A stretch of 43,234 nucleotides of DNA from an uncultured archaeon (GCA_964534625.1 CAZHRF010000027.1:1-43234), one strand, 5' to 3'. Shown: positions 19,831 to 29,686, numbered from the stretch's first letter. Numbers and translations: made by a program. Notes: a model not told the origin generated them from the letters alone.

Positions 19831-20148
19831 ATGTTAAGAAGAAAACGTTTTTACGTAATCTATCCAGAATATTTTGATAAACAAAAGTCACGGAGTGAAG
19901 GTAGAAAAATACCAAAGAAAAAAGCCGTGGAAGAATGTACATTATCAAAGATTGCATATGCTTGTAAGTATTTAGAACTTGATTTTACGGTTGAAAAAGA
20001 TAAAAAATATCCTAAAAATCAATGGGAGAGTGAAGGAAGGATTGTGATTAATCCTGAGGGGGTTAAAAATAAAACAGAATTATTAAGAAGAATAGCCAAT
20101 TTGGCTAACAAACTTAAGAAAAAAACACAACCATCTAAGAAAAAGTAA
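19831..20148 (+). CDS. srp19: Signal recognition particle 19 kDa protein
   Basis: IYPEYFD...SRSEGRKIPK..AV, K.YP...W...GRI, K..LLR.IA. Confidence 0.95.
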   Translation: MLRRKRFYVIYPEYFDKQKSRSEGRKIPKKKAVEECTLSKIAYACKYLELDFTVEKDKKYPKNQWESEGRIVINPEGVKNKTELLRRIANLANKLKKKTQPSKKK

Positions 20149-20162
20149 GAGAAAGATGTAAA

Positions 20163-20468
20163 ATGTCACAATCAAATATCAAAAAATTAGGAAAAATTGA
20201 GCATTTTACTGATCTAGGGAATGGAATTGTAGTAAACCCAGAAAAACTACCTAAAATTGGTTCAATAGTTATAACAGAGCAGTTGGAACATGTGGGAAGA
20301 GTAGTAGATCTTTTTGGTCCAGTTGCAGAACCATATGTGAGTATACGTTTTAAAGAAAACAAAAAAGAAGAAATGAAAGTGGGCGATGTGGTTTATTCAA
20401 TGCCAAAACGGAAAAGAGGGAGTAGAAGAAAGATGAAATATAAGAGTAGTTATAGAAAGAGAAAGTAA
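20163..20468 (+). CDS. gar1: H/ACA RNP protein Gar1/Naf1
   Basis: LG.I.H, P.IGS.V, VGRVVDLFGPVAEPYVSI; position after rps8e-srp19 fits archaeal gene order. Confidence 0.92.
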   Translation: MSQSNIKKLGKIEHFTDLGNGIVVNPEKLPKIGSIVITEQLEHVGRVVDLFGPVAEPYVSIRFKENKKEEMKVGDVVYSMPKRKRGSRRKMKYKSSYRKRK

Positions 20469-20584
20469 GATAGAAACGGTTTTTAGGTTCTAATAAGGTT
20501 TAAATATGTTTTACGACTAAAAAGTGAGTTTTCATTAGTATAGTATCAAGCTTGAGTTCTGTCTGTAGATATTGGTTGAATAAA

Positions 20585-20832
20585 ATGAGTTTTTTTAGGA
20601 AGATTTAGGAGAGTTCCTAAAAATGTAGCACTTCACCCAAGTGGCAACGTGACGAAGAGGAACACGATGTACCTGTAGCAAAGAAATATAAGATAAGACT
20701 CCGGGAACGAAAGGACATAATGATCCTGTGGCGATAGAAGCACAGATGATACGGACAAGGCTAAATAATACGCCCTTAGCGTCCGTAAGAGGGTTCATTG
20801 CACTAGTGACCTTAGGACTCATTGATTGAAAA
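20585..20832 (-). mobile_element. Dispersed non-coding repeat, short copy A (MITE-like)
   Basis: Colinear with the reverse complement of 33602-33855 and with 24051-24209; shares motifs and the terminal AACTCAT with 21603-22172. Confidence 0.85.
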
Positions 20833-21050
20833 GTTTTATAAGAATATACACTTTTTGTAATATACCATTAAATGATGGTGAAATAATAATGTGGGATCGC
20901 GAAATTTGTCTCTAAAAAAGGAAATTTAACATATTTTAGCGTAGACTCGAGATGCAACGACCACAAAAACTCTTTTACAAAAAAACAAATGCATTTTGTA
21001 CACGTTTCTTTCGTTTTTGTGAATAAACAATTTTTGGGGGATGAAGTATT

Positions 21051-21604
21051 ATGAATAGTTGCAACTCTAGTCAAGAAAAACGATATACTCTTAGATTAGA
21101 TTCTAAGTTTCTTGAGTGTTTGAAACACCCTGATTATACTAAACTAGAAAAGGAAGTACTTGATTATTGGAATTCTCATCGTATTTTTGAACTTCTTAAG
21201 AAAAAAACAAACATGGAAAACACTTTAGATTTTTCGATGGACCCATAACTGCTAATGGGTTGATGGGTGTTCATCATGTAAGAGGACGAGCTCTTAAAGA
21301 TGCTTTCCAACGCTTTAAATCTATGTGTGGATATAATACCCGTTTTCAAAATGGTTTTGATTGCCAAGGTCTATGGGTTGAAGTACAAATAGAACGAGCT
21401 CTTGGTCTTGATACCAAGAAAGCAATTCTAGACTATGGAGAAAAGAAATTTGTCCGTAAATGTTCAGAACGTGTAACTCATTTTGCTAATTTACTGACTA
21501 AACAATCCATACGCCTAGGTCAGTGGATGAATTGGAAGTCATCATATTATACTCATCACGATACAAACATAGAGCATATATGGCAATTTTTGAAAAATTG
21601 TCAT
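21051..21604 (+). pseudogene. ileS: Isoleucyl-tRNA synthetase N-terminal fragment (GVHH-type), frameshifted and truncated
   Basis: LEKEVLDYW; one base is missing in the A7 run at 21201-21207, and restoring it gives F.FFDGPITAN..MGVHH..GR..KD, then QNGFDCQGLWVEV, QSIRLGQWMNW and IWQFLKNCH. Similarity stops at the inserted element. Confidence 0.9.
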
Positions 21605-22172
21605 GGGTTTTTTTGGTCACTTTTGGGTACAAAATGTTGTGTTTATATAGGACCATTTTGTAAGAAAGAGTAGACGTGGAAGAAGAAACTCACAAAAAAA
21701 ACCAGTTGTACTGGAAACAGTGAGAAAACATAACCCACGTGAAAGTGAGGTCAAGAGAAACAATCCTGATCAGATACTACCTGCTATCCGGAACATGACG
21801 ATGTTCGAATATCGGGTAAGCAGTCAGGTATTCCATGTACTCGGGCAATGCTCGCAGTGCTAGATAGGGTGGTACGTCTCTACCTTACGTATCAGCTATC
21901 ATCCCGGAGGTGGTAGCTTTCCTCAGGAGAGCCAAGTAAGCCTAGTTGGGCCAGTAATGAGTCCCGGGAAGAATGTCGCGATGAACCCACACACTGGCGT
22001 TAATCTTGTAGATTGCTGGTGTAATCTTGACACTTATCGCTCCCAGGTGTAACAACACTGGATACCTTGGTATTCTTGTGTTGTTCTCCTTTTATCACGT
22101 GTCCAGTTGGGTGAGGTGATACACTAGCGGGTGTATTGGGTTACGTACCCAGTTGTACCCAAAAGAACTCAT
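21603..22172 (+). mobile_element. 570-bp non-autonomous element with imperfect terminal inverted repeats, AT at both junctions and a highly structured non-coding interior (IS110-like hypothesis)
   Basis: Left end atgggtttttttggtcacttttgggtacaaaa versus right-end reverse complement atgagttcttttgggtacaactgggtacgtaa (23/32 ungapped). Multiple hairpins inside. Removing it rejoins ileS as C-H-R-K. Confidence 0.7.
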
Positions 22173-22584
22173 AGAAAACGCAGAGGAATGACAACTTCTC
22201 CACAAGCGTACGTTCCCGTAGTATCTACGGTACAATGATGATGAGTAGTAAGAAGACGACAACCTTCAACAAATAAATTATGGGCAGCGTTAGTATCTCT
22301 ATCGTGGGTAGCAGAACAAGAAGGACAAACCCACGTGCGATCAGATAAACGTAAGGTTTTATTAATATAGCCACACGTTGAACACTTCTTACTGGAAGGA
22401 AAGAAACGATCAACTTTGATAAGATATTTTCCCCGTTCTTCAAGTTTATATTCAAGTAAACGGACAAACTCTCCCCACGAAAAATCTAAGGTAACGGACT
22501 TACTTATCCCACCATTAAATTGTTGTGTTTTTTCGCCATTCATCCCACCCCCAAGTGAGTGGGCATTCTGGCTAGGTTAGGTAA
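22173..22584 (-). mobile_element. tnpB: IS200/IS605-family remnant: left end fused to a 3' fragment of tnpB
   Basis: SWGEFVRLLEYK, FPSSKKCSTCG, WVCPSC...HDRDTNAAHN (Zn finger + RuvC III). Left-end hairpin cccactcacttgggggtggg is preceded by TTAC (22581-22584, minus strand). Roughly the N-terminal two-thirds is deleted and the right end is missing. Confidence 0.9.
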
Positions 22585-22855
22585 AATTTTTTTTGGAAAT
22601 CTTTTGATTTAAAGGAAACAAATAAAAATTGTATTATTAATGAACAATTAGCAATTAATCAACATTGTTGAAAAAGGAAAAACGCCGTATCTTTCTTTTC
22701 CATTGTTGAGATAATGCTGTCCTAATCTGAAGTGAGTATATGAAATTAAGTTTATTAATAGCACTTATATTGGTATCGCTTATATCTATTACTATGCTCA
22801 TATATGGTCTAGTAAATTTTTTTAACGAATTGAAAAAACTAAAAAGGGAGGAATT

Positions 22856-23659
22856 ATGACCGATAACTTTCAAGATATCACACATTTACCCACTAAAGTG
22901 CTTATCAAAAAAATGAATAAGGCAACGGGAGACAAAATGATTATTATTGCTGGTAAGTGCACAGCAAATTTTGATGGTCGAATAAAATCGTTTCTCGAAC
23001 GTGGAGATCGTTTGGTAATAATCAAGCGTGATCTTTCCATAATCATGCATGGTCCTGAGGGTGTAAAACCACTTAACTGGCAAAAACCTTATGCTGGTCC
23101 AATTGAATTCATTAATAGAGAAGAGGATCTTATGCTTTTTACAAGGAGAACAAAAACCAAAGAGGTTTTAGAAATCAATTTTTCTTCGCTCGAATCGATT
23201 TCGCTATGGCACGCGATTGATGAGAGCATGATGGTGGTCTATGGTGATGAAAGAGATATGGTGAAATATTTGGTTAGTAATCCAGCTGAAATAGAACAAG
23301 GTTTTCAAATTATAAGAACTGAGTATTCTACAAGCGTAGGGCCAGTTGACATCAAAGGAACAGACAAAGAAGGTAATTTAACCATAATTGAAGTTAAAAA
23401 ACGAAATGCGTCTCCAAAAGATGCACATCAACTAAAACGATATGTGACATATTTTAATAATGTTGAAAAAACAAATGTGAGAGGTATATTGGTAGCTCCT
23501 GATTTTCCTACTGATGTAAAAGATTATCTCAAACGACATGGACTTGAATGGCAAGTAGTGCATTGGAAGGATATTTTTCCTGTAGTCAAAAGGGCAAAAA
23601 ATAAAAAATTAACAAGCTTTTTTAATAATGCTGTTGAAAAAAAACAATGTAAGGAGTAA
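22856..23659 (+). CDS. nucS: Endonuclease NucS/EndoMS
   Basis: C.A.FDGR..S.L..GDRL.IIK.D, KPLNWQ, G.VDI.G.D, IEVK, QLKRY, VRGILVAP. Confidence 0.95.
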   Translation: MTDNFQDITHLPTKVLIKKMNKATGDKMIIIAGKCTANFDGRIKSFLERGDRLVIIKRDLSIIMHGPEGVKPLNWQKPYAGPIEFINREEDLMLFTRRTKTKEVLEINFSSLESISLWHAIDESMMVVYGDERDMVKYLVSNPAEIEQGFQIIRTEYSTSVGPVDIKGTDKEGNLTIIEVKKRNASPKDAHQLKRYVTYFNNVEKTNVRGILVAPDFPTDVKDYLKRHGLEWQVVHWKDIFPVVKRAKNKKLTSFFNNAVEKKQCKE

Positions 23660-23664
23660 GATCA

Positions 23665-24006
23665 TTAACAAGGCATTTCGTCTAAGATTACCCAAGCTAC
23701 AATATACAGTATTAATAAAGTTCCACCTGTAAGTAAAAACGCTAATACAAATAATAGGCGCATAAGCCCAACGTCCATATTTGAGTAATGAGCAAATCCC
23801 GCACATACTCCTCCTAATACTTGATCATTTGAACAGCGAACAAGCTTTTGTGAGGGTATATATTGTTGTTGTGGTTGTTGTTCATATGATTGTGGTTCGA
23901 CTTCTTGTTTAGGTGAAACCAATCTTCTCCCGCATTTTTTACAAAAAGATGCTGTTTCAAGGTTCTCTGTTCCACACTGGGGGCATATAATTGACACTTT
24001 CTTCAC
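23665..24006 (-). CDS. Zinc-ribbon + PspC domain protein
   Basis: CPQCG.EN...A.FC.KCG followed by the PspC core LGGVCAGFAHY...RLLFVL...LYIVAW. Confidence 0.9.
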   Translation of the reverse strand: MKKVSIICPQCGTENLETASFCKKCGRRLVSPKQEVEPQSYEQQPQQQYIPSQKLVRCSNDQVLGGVCAGFAHYSNMDVGLMRLLFVLAFLLTGGTLLILYIVAWVILDEMPC

Positions 24007-24050
24007 AATCTATCATTAACAGGTACAATAATATAAATGTAATTATTTCC

Positions 24051-24209
24051 ATGAGTTTTTTTAGGCAGCTTTAGAAATTTTCCTAAAAATATAGCACTTC
24101 ACCCAACTGGCAACGTGAAGAAGAGGAACACGATGTCCTGTAGTAAAAGAGTATAAGATAAGACTCCGGGAACGAAAAGACATAATAACCCTGTGGCGAT
24201 AATTGAAAA
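24051..24209 (-). mobile_element. Dispersed non-coding repeat, short copy B (internally deleted)
   Basis: Matches copy A from atgagtttt through ctgtggcgat, then jumps to the terminal attgaaa. Confidence 0.85.
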
Positions 24210-24255
24210 TATCCATTAACGAATTAGTTTTATAAACAACCTTTACAGTTATTAT

Positions 24256-25257
24256 TTGATGACAGAACCATTTTTTATTATCAATCCAAATGCAAATACT
24301 GGAAGGATAGGAAAAAACTTAGAGTACTATTTAGGTATTATAAAAAACTATTTTGGGTCATTTGATTATAGGGTGACTCAATTTCCTAGACATGAAGTAG
24401 AAATTGCAAAGAAAGCAATTGAACAAGGATATAAGTATATTGTAGCTGTTGGAGGTGATGGTACCGAAACTAATGTTGGGGACATTCTGGTTGGAACTGA
24501 TGTGCAGTTGGGTCTATTATCTGGCGGTTCAATGAATGATTGGAATCAAACTCATTCTATCCCCTATCATTTTGAAACCAGCTTACAAATTTTATCAGAT
24601 AATCACACGGAAAGATTCGCTGCATTACAATGTACTGGAGATAAAACGTATTATGCTTTTGATATGGCTGATGGGGGTTTTACTGGTGCTGCAGCTTCTG
24701 CTGCACATCATGAGGCCAAATGGCTTAAAAATGGAGAAAGAAAGTATCTATATCTCGCTTTGAAATATATTCTTAAGTTTAAAAACAGGAAATGTACTGT
24801 TACTATTGATGATAGAGATCCAATTATTGTTCCTAGACTTAGTTGTATTTTTGCGGGATTAGGCAATGAAATAGTTGGATTTCATGTTTTACCTGGTAAT
24901 GCTTATTTGAGTAGAAAAAATAAAGATTTTGGAATTATTTTGTTACATAATAGAAAATCAGTAGGAAGGATACCCTTATTGGCAAAAGCCACTAAATCAA
25001 AACATGTGGGAGAAAAAGGTGTCTGGTTATCCAGAGGAAGAAAAGTCACTATTGAAACTGATAATCCAATGCCATGGGAAGCAGAAGGTGAAATATTCAA
25101 TTATAGGAGTAATAAAACTGTAATTGAATATGTAGATGAAGCGATAACAGTTGTTGTACCAAAAGATAGATCTTATGAAAATAACATTAATGAAGAAATT
25201 TACAGGCAATCCTTTGATTCATCATTCAGAAAGAATAAGATGCATTTGAGAAATTAA
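24256..25257 (+). CDS. Diacylglycerol/lipid kinase family protein (YegS/DagK-like)
   Basis: IINPNA, VAVGGDGT, GSMND, and a C-terminal EAEGE variant of the DGE motif. Confidence 0.9.
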   Translation: MMTEPFFIINPNANTGRIGKNLEYYLGIIKNYFGSFDYRVTQFPRHEVEIAKKAIEQGYKYIVAVGGDGTETNVGDILVGTDVQLGLLSGGSMNDWNQTHSIPYHFETSLQILSDNHTERFAALQCTGDKTYYAFDMADGGFTGAAASAAHHEAKWLKNGERKYLYLALKYILKFKNRKCTVTIDDRDPIIVPRLSCIFAGLGNEIVGFHVLPGNAYLSRKNKDFGIILLHNRKSVGRIPLLAKATKSKHVGEKGVWLSRGRKVTIETDNPMPWEAEGEIFNYRSNKTVIEYVDEAITVVVPKDRSYENNINEEIYRQSFDSSFRKNKMHLRN

Positions 25258-25484
25258 AGAAAGTTGTACTGTTTTCTATATTTACTGTCTTTTATTCATA
25301 TGTTTTGTATCTCTTTTTTTATCTTCTTATAAATAAAAAAACTTACTTTTGGAGGGGCAGCTTACCACAAGCATTGTTTTTGTTGGTTCATATTTTATGA
25401 ATTAGATAATAAAGCATATGAAATAAAACTTAAAAGTATGGATAATTAATGTCAAAGTACAATACAACTAAAGAGTGAACAAAA

Positions 25485-25811
25485 ATGTCTGAAGAAAAAC
25501 CTATGAATGCCGTATATATTGGACGCAAAAGCACTATGAGTTACTGTCTTGTTGTAGTTACAATATTCAACAAGGGTGAAGATCAATGTACTATCCGCGC
25601 ACGTGGTCGGGCAATTAGCAAAGCAGTTGATGTAGCTGAGATAACCACGAGACGATTCTTGCCAGAGATCATAGAAATAAAAGATGTAACGATCGGTTCT
25701 GAAGAATTGCAAACGGATGATAACAATGCCAAAACGGTTAGTACAATTGATATTGTGCTTGTACGTATAAGTAGACACGACGAAGAAAAAGATGAAGAAG
25801 AAAAAAAATAG
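25485..25811 (+). CDS. albA: DNA/RNA-binding protein Alba
   Basis: VYIGRK..MSY, IRARGRAISKAVDVAEI, IGSE, VSTIDIVL; acidic tail. Confidence 0.97.
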   Translation: MSEEKPMNAVYIGRKSTMSYCLVVVTIFNKGEDQCTIRARGRAISKAVDVAEITTRRFLPEIIEIKDVTIGSEELQTDDNNAKTVSTIDIVLVRISRHDEEKDEEEKK

Positions 25812-26053
25812 AATAAAAAAACTATGCAAAATACTTTTATTCACTATTATTTCTTTTCCTTTATTCATTTCAAGATTATTGCATTGTTATATTAGAAGAC
25901 TATGGGTCGATTTTAGATGGATGTAATTAGCTGTTGTTATTAAGTTGTTTTTTTCACTTTTGAGATTATTTATCCGTTTTTTGAATTAGAATATACTTAT
26001 ATATGCCTTATCTATATTTTACCATATAAAAGAACATAAAAGGAGGCAGAATC

Positions 26054-26251
26054 ATGTCAAAATATCTCAAACCAAGAGTGAAAATGGAAGATCTAATTCT
26101 GGTTGAATCGCAAGAATCAGAGATTAAATGCGGTAAATGTGGGAGAAAAATGACTTTTAGAGTCTATTACAAAAAGAAAGAGCAATATGATTTTATTGCC
26201 TGCGAGAACTGTCAAATCTTTTTACAAAGAATAATGCTTGATGAAAAATGA
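26054..26251 (+). CDS. Small CxxC-CxxC zinc-finger protein
   Basis: CGKC and CENC motifs; AGGAGG Shine-Dalgarno site at 26041. Confidence 0.7.
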   Translation: MSKYLKPRVKMEDLILVESQESEIKCGKCGRKMTFRVYYKKKEQYDFIACENCQIFLQRIMLDEK

Positions 26252-26629
26252 TTAATTAGTAGTCTTTTTAGATATTCTTACCCCTGCTGAAGATGGGGGT
26301 TTTTCAAAAACTTCAATCGCTCTAGTTATATTTCCAATTTGAGCGACAGTAACATCGAATTTCTTATTTTCTAGTAATACATATAATGATTTACCTTTGG
26401 GATCATATATTATGTCGCCTCTTTTTCCTTGTTTTGTAGGCTTCTCTATTTTATATAGAATATTAACTGGAATTATGAAAATATTTTCTCTTTTAATCCC
26501 ACGTGAATCAAAAGGTAATTCCCTGATAAACAATTCGTTAAATTGGGGAGCTTTGATGCGAATTAGCTCACCTTCTGCTTCGCCATAACTTGGTAAATTA
26601 AATGTAATGAAATAAGATGAAACATTCAT
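26252..26629 (-). CDS. Cyclophilin-like fold protein (DUF369/DUF3830-like)
   Basis: EL...KAP, LPF, GDIIY.P and IG.I pattern; 125 aa. Confidence 0.65.
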   Translation of the reverse strand: MNVSSYFITFNLPSYGEAEGELIRIKAPQFNELFIRELPFDSRGIKRENIFIIPVNILYKIEKPTKQGKRGDIIYDPKGKSLYVLLENKKFDVTVAQIGNITRAIEVFEKPPSSAGVRISKKTTN

Positions 26630-27014
26630 AATGATGGACCTGTAATTCTTGTATGATTTAGTATAAATCCATTTCTTATAAATATAATTGTCAAATGGGA
26701 TATTAAAATTGAATATAAGAGAGATAAATTAAACAATAATTTGACTAGTTTGTAAGATGGTTTTTCTTTGTAAGAAAGTTAGTTGAATCAAGTCACATCC
26801 TGAAACTATTGTCAAATACATGGTTCTATAAGTTATATGCACTTTTTGTATCTAGTTTCGGTATTTATTTGAAGAATCTTCGTAGAAAACAGTAATAATT
26901 AGATTTCAATGATGTTTCTTAAGCTCCATCTGAGAAATTATCCGTTATTCACAATATTTTTATAAACGTAATTTTCACCTTTCTCGTAAGAATAAAAACC
27001 AGAGGAAATGATAG

Positions 27015-27356
27015 ATGAGTTTTCGTGACAATATGACAAAAATTTTTCAAGCAATGAAAGAGGGGTATCAAGAAGTAGATAGAACTGACAAAATTCTAGA
27101 TTTAATATCTATTGGTGGCATAGTGTTGTTTATAATTTCATTCATATTTTTATATGTTGGAGATAAAATAAATGCAATAAATATTACTATGACAATTTAT
27201 CCGTTGGCTTTGGGTGGTATAGCTGCTGGTCTGAGAATGAAAAAAAGAGATAAACCAGAGGCAGCAGACAAACTGCTTAAAGAATGGGTTATAATAACTT
27301 CTGGTATGACAGTTGTCTCAATAATTACTATAATTATTACTTTTATTATAGGTTAA
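27015..27356 (+). CDS. Small three-TM membrane protein
   Basis: Three hydrophobic segments; GAGG Shine-Dalgarno-like site upstream. Confidence 0.75.
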   Translation: MSFRDNMTKIFQAMKEGYQEVDRTDKILDLISIGGIVLFIISFIFLYVGDKINAINITMTIYPLALGGIAAGLRMKKRDKPEAADKLLKEWVIITSGMTVVSIITIIITFIIG

Positions 27357-27420
27357 ATGAAATTGAATACAATTTTTTATCAGTAATTTTTTTATATTTA
27401 CTCTCTAATTTTTTTATATT

Positions 27421-28827
27421 ATGTCCGATGATGCATATAAAGTTTACACAAAAGTGTTAAAGAAGGGAATGAATATAGGTATAAGAAGGATATTTGAAAC
27501 ATTTGTATTTGCAATATCAATCTTCGCCATATCAATGATATATTTTTATTTTCTTCTTTATGCTGATTTATCAGCAACAGCAAAAATAATCTTTTTCCCA
27601 ATTGGTATAATTTATGAAATAATACTGATTTTGAGCTATATAGAGAACCATTATCAGTTTGAAATTTTTAGCGTACAAATAACAAAATTTTTCAGTTATC
27701 TTGGTATCTTTAGTATCTTAATTTCTATACTGTTTTCTGCAATCTCTGCCTTTTATACAAATACTACGTACCGTTGGTTAAATACGTCCTTAGTGCTTCT
27801 GTTTTTCTTATTAACAACAATTGAAAGTGGATATTTCATATTTTCCGTTCCTAGAACGGAATATTCGTCTAGTTACGGGCTAGAAGACAAATTCAAAGTA
27901 CTAGATAATAGACTTAAGTCAAGAAAATTAAGTGATCTAGAGCTTGAACAAGCAATAGAAAAAGGAATAAACAACTTGAAAAGTAGAATCAGTAATGAAT
28001 TAATGTGGGGAGATTTAAACCCAGTATATGATACGGCATGTGTATTAGATCTATTCTATAGTTTGGGTATGGATTTGAATACGAAATGGACAATACAGAC
28101 AGAAGATGGGAATAAGGTGATAAAATTAAAAAATGTGTTTGATAATTTACACACTTTAGCGAATACATATGATACCTTAGAAATGACCTACGAACAATTT
28201 TTTGTTTTAAATGCATTGAGTTTATATGATCCAACAATTTTCGATGATAAAACTGCAGAAATTAATGCGTTTCTTGAAAAAATGAAAAATGAAACAGAAT
28301 GGGATTTTATTAGTAGATTGAACCAGTTTACTCCAAATGTAAGATACAGAAGTACACCAGTTGAACTTATAATGGGACCAGTAGCCGATAATACGGGAAA
28401 TATTCAATTACTTGAACAATTAGCACAATTATTTACAAGTAGTATTGATATAATAGTAAGAAGAGGATACTCCCGCTTTTCAGCATCAAAGACTGGAAAA
28501 ACGCCAGTAGAAATGTTTGCAAGGTTAATGTTAGCATTACATGAAATGAGAAGAATGCCTCCAACAAGACCAAAGTTTGTCCAATCAATAACAAATTCGC
28601 AGTATATGGAAGGTTCATGGGCGAGTAATGTTGGGACAACAGGATATGTAATACAATCTCTAATACCTTGTGAAGTAACAGAATCATTGTCTCTAAAAAA
28701 GGCAGGATTATACCTAACAGCAACTCAAGATAATAAAGGTATATGGAGAGGGAATATAGAAGAAACAACTATAGCAATTAAGGCACTGTTTAAATTAACT
28801 AAAATGGCAGAACAAGAAGAAATATAA
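27421..28827 (+). CDS. Four-TM protein with C-terminal alpha/alpha-toroid (prenyltransferase/terpene cyclase QW-like repeats)
   Basis: Four N-terminal TM helices; SQYMEGSW....TT and TQDNKGIW....ETT.AI.AL repeats. Confidence 0.65.
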   Translation: MSDDAYKVYTKVLKKGMNIGIRRIFETFVFAISIFAISMIYFYFLLYADLSATAKIIFFPIGIIYEIILILSYIENHYQFEIFSVQITKFFSYLGIFSILISILFSAISAFYTNTTYRWLNTSLVLLFFLLTTIESGYFIFSVPRTEYSSSYGLEDKFKVLDNRLKSRKLSDLELEQAIEKGINNLKSRISNELMWGDLNPVYDTACVLDLFYSLGMDLNTKWTIQTEDGNKVIKLKNVFDNLHTLANTYDTLEMTYEQFFVLNALSLYDPTIFDDKTAEINAFLEKMKNETEWDFISRLNQFTPNVRYRSTPVELIMGPVADNTGNIQLLEQLAQLFTSSIDIIVRRGYSRFSASKTGKTPVEMFARLMLALHEMRRMPPTRPKFVQSITNSQYMEGSWASNVGTTGYVIQSLIPCEVTESLSLKKAGLYLTATQDNKGIWRGNIEETTIAIKALFKLTKMAEQEEI

Positions 28828-28861
28828 CAAAAAGAGTATGTGAGTAACGGTAGGCGATAAA

Positions 28862-29659
28862 ATGGCAACAATAATTGATATATTACTATACATACAAATG
28901 GGAACGGTAATACTAGCTTTAATCTATGGGTCAATAACTGATATAGTAAGAAGAGAAGTTGAACCGTTAGTATGGATGGGTATGACAATAGAAGGACTCA
29001 TAACGACAATATTAATATTCATTTTTGAAACAAATAAGAAAGAAGCATGGGGAAAAATAGGTATAAACTTTGCAGTAGGATTACTATTGGCATTGATTAT
29101 CGGATATACTGGGGCAATGGGTGGAGGTGATGCGTTCTGTCTATTTGCATTATCATTAAATACAGCATATTATCCAATAAATTTGGGGTATACAGAAAAT
29201 CTGATGTACCAAATCTTTCCGCAAGTGTTCAATACTTTCTTTAATTGGCTTGTAGTGATGGTTGTATTATATCCGTTTCCTTTATTATTCTATAATATAT
29301 ACTTGGTAGTAAAGAAAAAATACAGACTCTTTGATAGTGTAAATGCATCAATGGTGGAAAAAGCACTAATAATGGTGTCGGGATATCTCATACCAGTTGA
29401 TAGAGCTAAGGAGAGAGTTGATTTAGTCTATTCGGAAATATATAATGAAGAGAAAGAACAATGGAAATTACAGTTGTTCATGAAGGCTATGGAAATAGAG
29501 GAAGAAGAAGAGTTCAAAAAAGAAATAGAAGAAAAAATAAAAGAGACAAATAAAGAAAAAATATGGGTAAAAGTATTACCGCCAGGAATAGTATTTCTGT
29601 TAATAGGCTATATAGTCAATATGTTAATAGGGAACATATTTTTCACTCTAGTATTCTAA
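28862..29659 (+). CDS. A24 prepilin/prearchaellin peptidase
   Basis: SITDIVRREV (first catalytic Asp), MGGGD (GxGD), and C-terminal IWV..PPGIVFLLIGY. Confidence 0.9.
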   Translation: MATIIDILLYIQMGTVILALIYGSITDIVRREVEPLVWMGMTIEGLITTILIFIFETNKKEAWGKIGINFAVGLLLALIIGYTGAMGGGDAFCLFALSLNTAYYPINLGYTENLMYQIFPQVFNTFFNWLVVMVVLYPFPLLFYNIYLVVKKKYRLFDSVNASMVEKALIMVSGYLIPVDRAKERVDLVYSEIYNEEKEQWKLQLFMKAMEIEEEEEFKKEIEEKIKETNKEKIWVKVLPPGIVFLLIGYIVNMLIGNIFFTLVF

Positions 29660-29686
29660 AAAAGAAGTAGAAGAAAGAAAAAAAAA

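Noticed and set aside
20595-20822. Paralogous 75-aa ORFs at 20595-20822 (-) and 33617-33844 (+) as a small-protein family
   Set aside because: 22 of 75 residues differ, many non-conservatively, despite high DNA similarity, and copy B has a 1-nt deletion and a large internal deletion. They are better explained as incidental frames in a non-coding repeat.
21195-21215. Programmed -1 frameshift in ileS at the A7 run
   Set aside because: The gene is truncated regardless and the heptamer is not in canonical phase; a homopolymer deletion or sequencing error is simpler.
21905-21930. Minus-strand tgaggaaagctaccacc resembling RNase P RNA conserved region I
   Set aside because: No matching 3' conserved region V or P1 closure was found, and the segment lies inside an element inserted in ileS.
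21603-22172. Group I or group II intron (IStron) interpretation
   Set aside because: No recognisable P7 core or domain V, the downstream ileS exon is absent, and inverted ends with an AT core fit a DNA element better.
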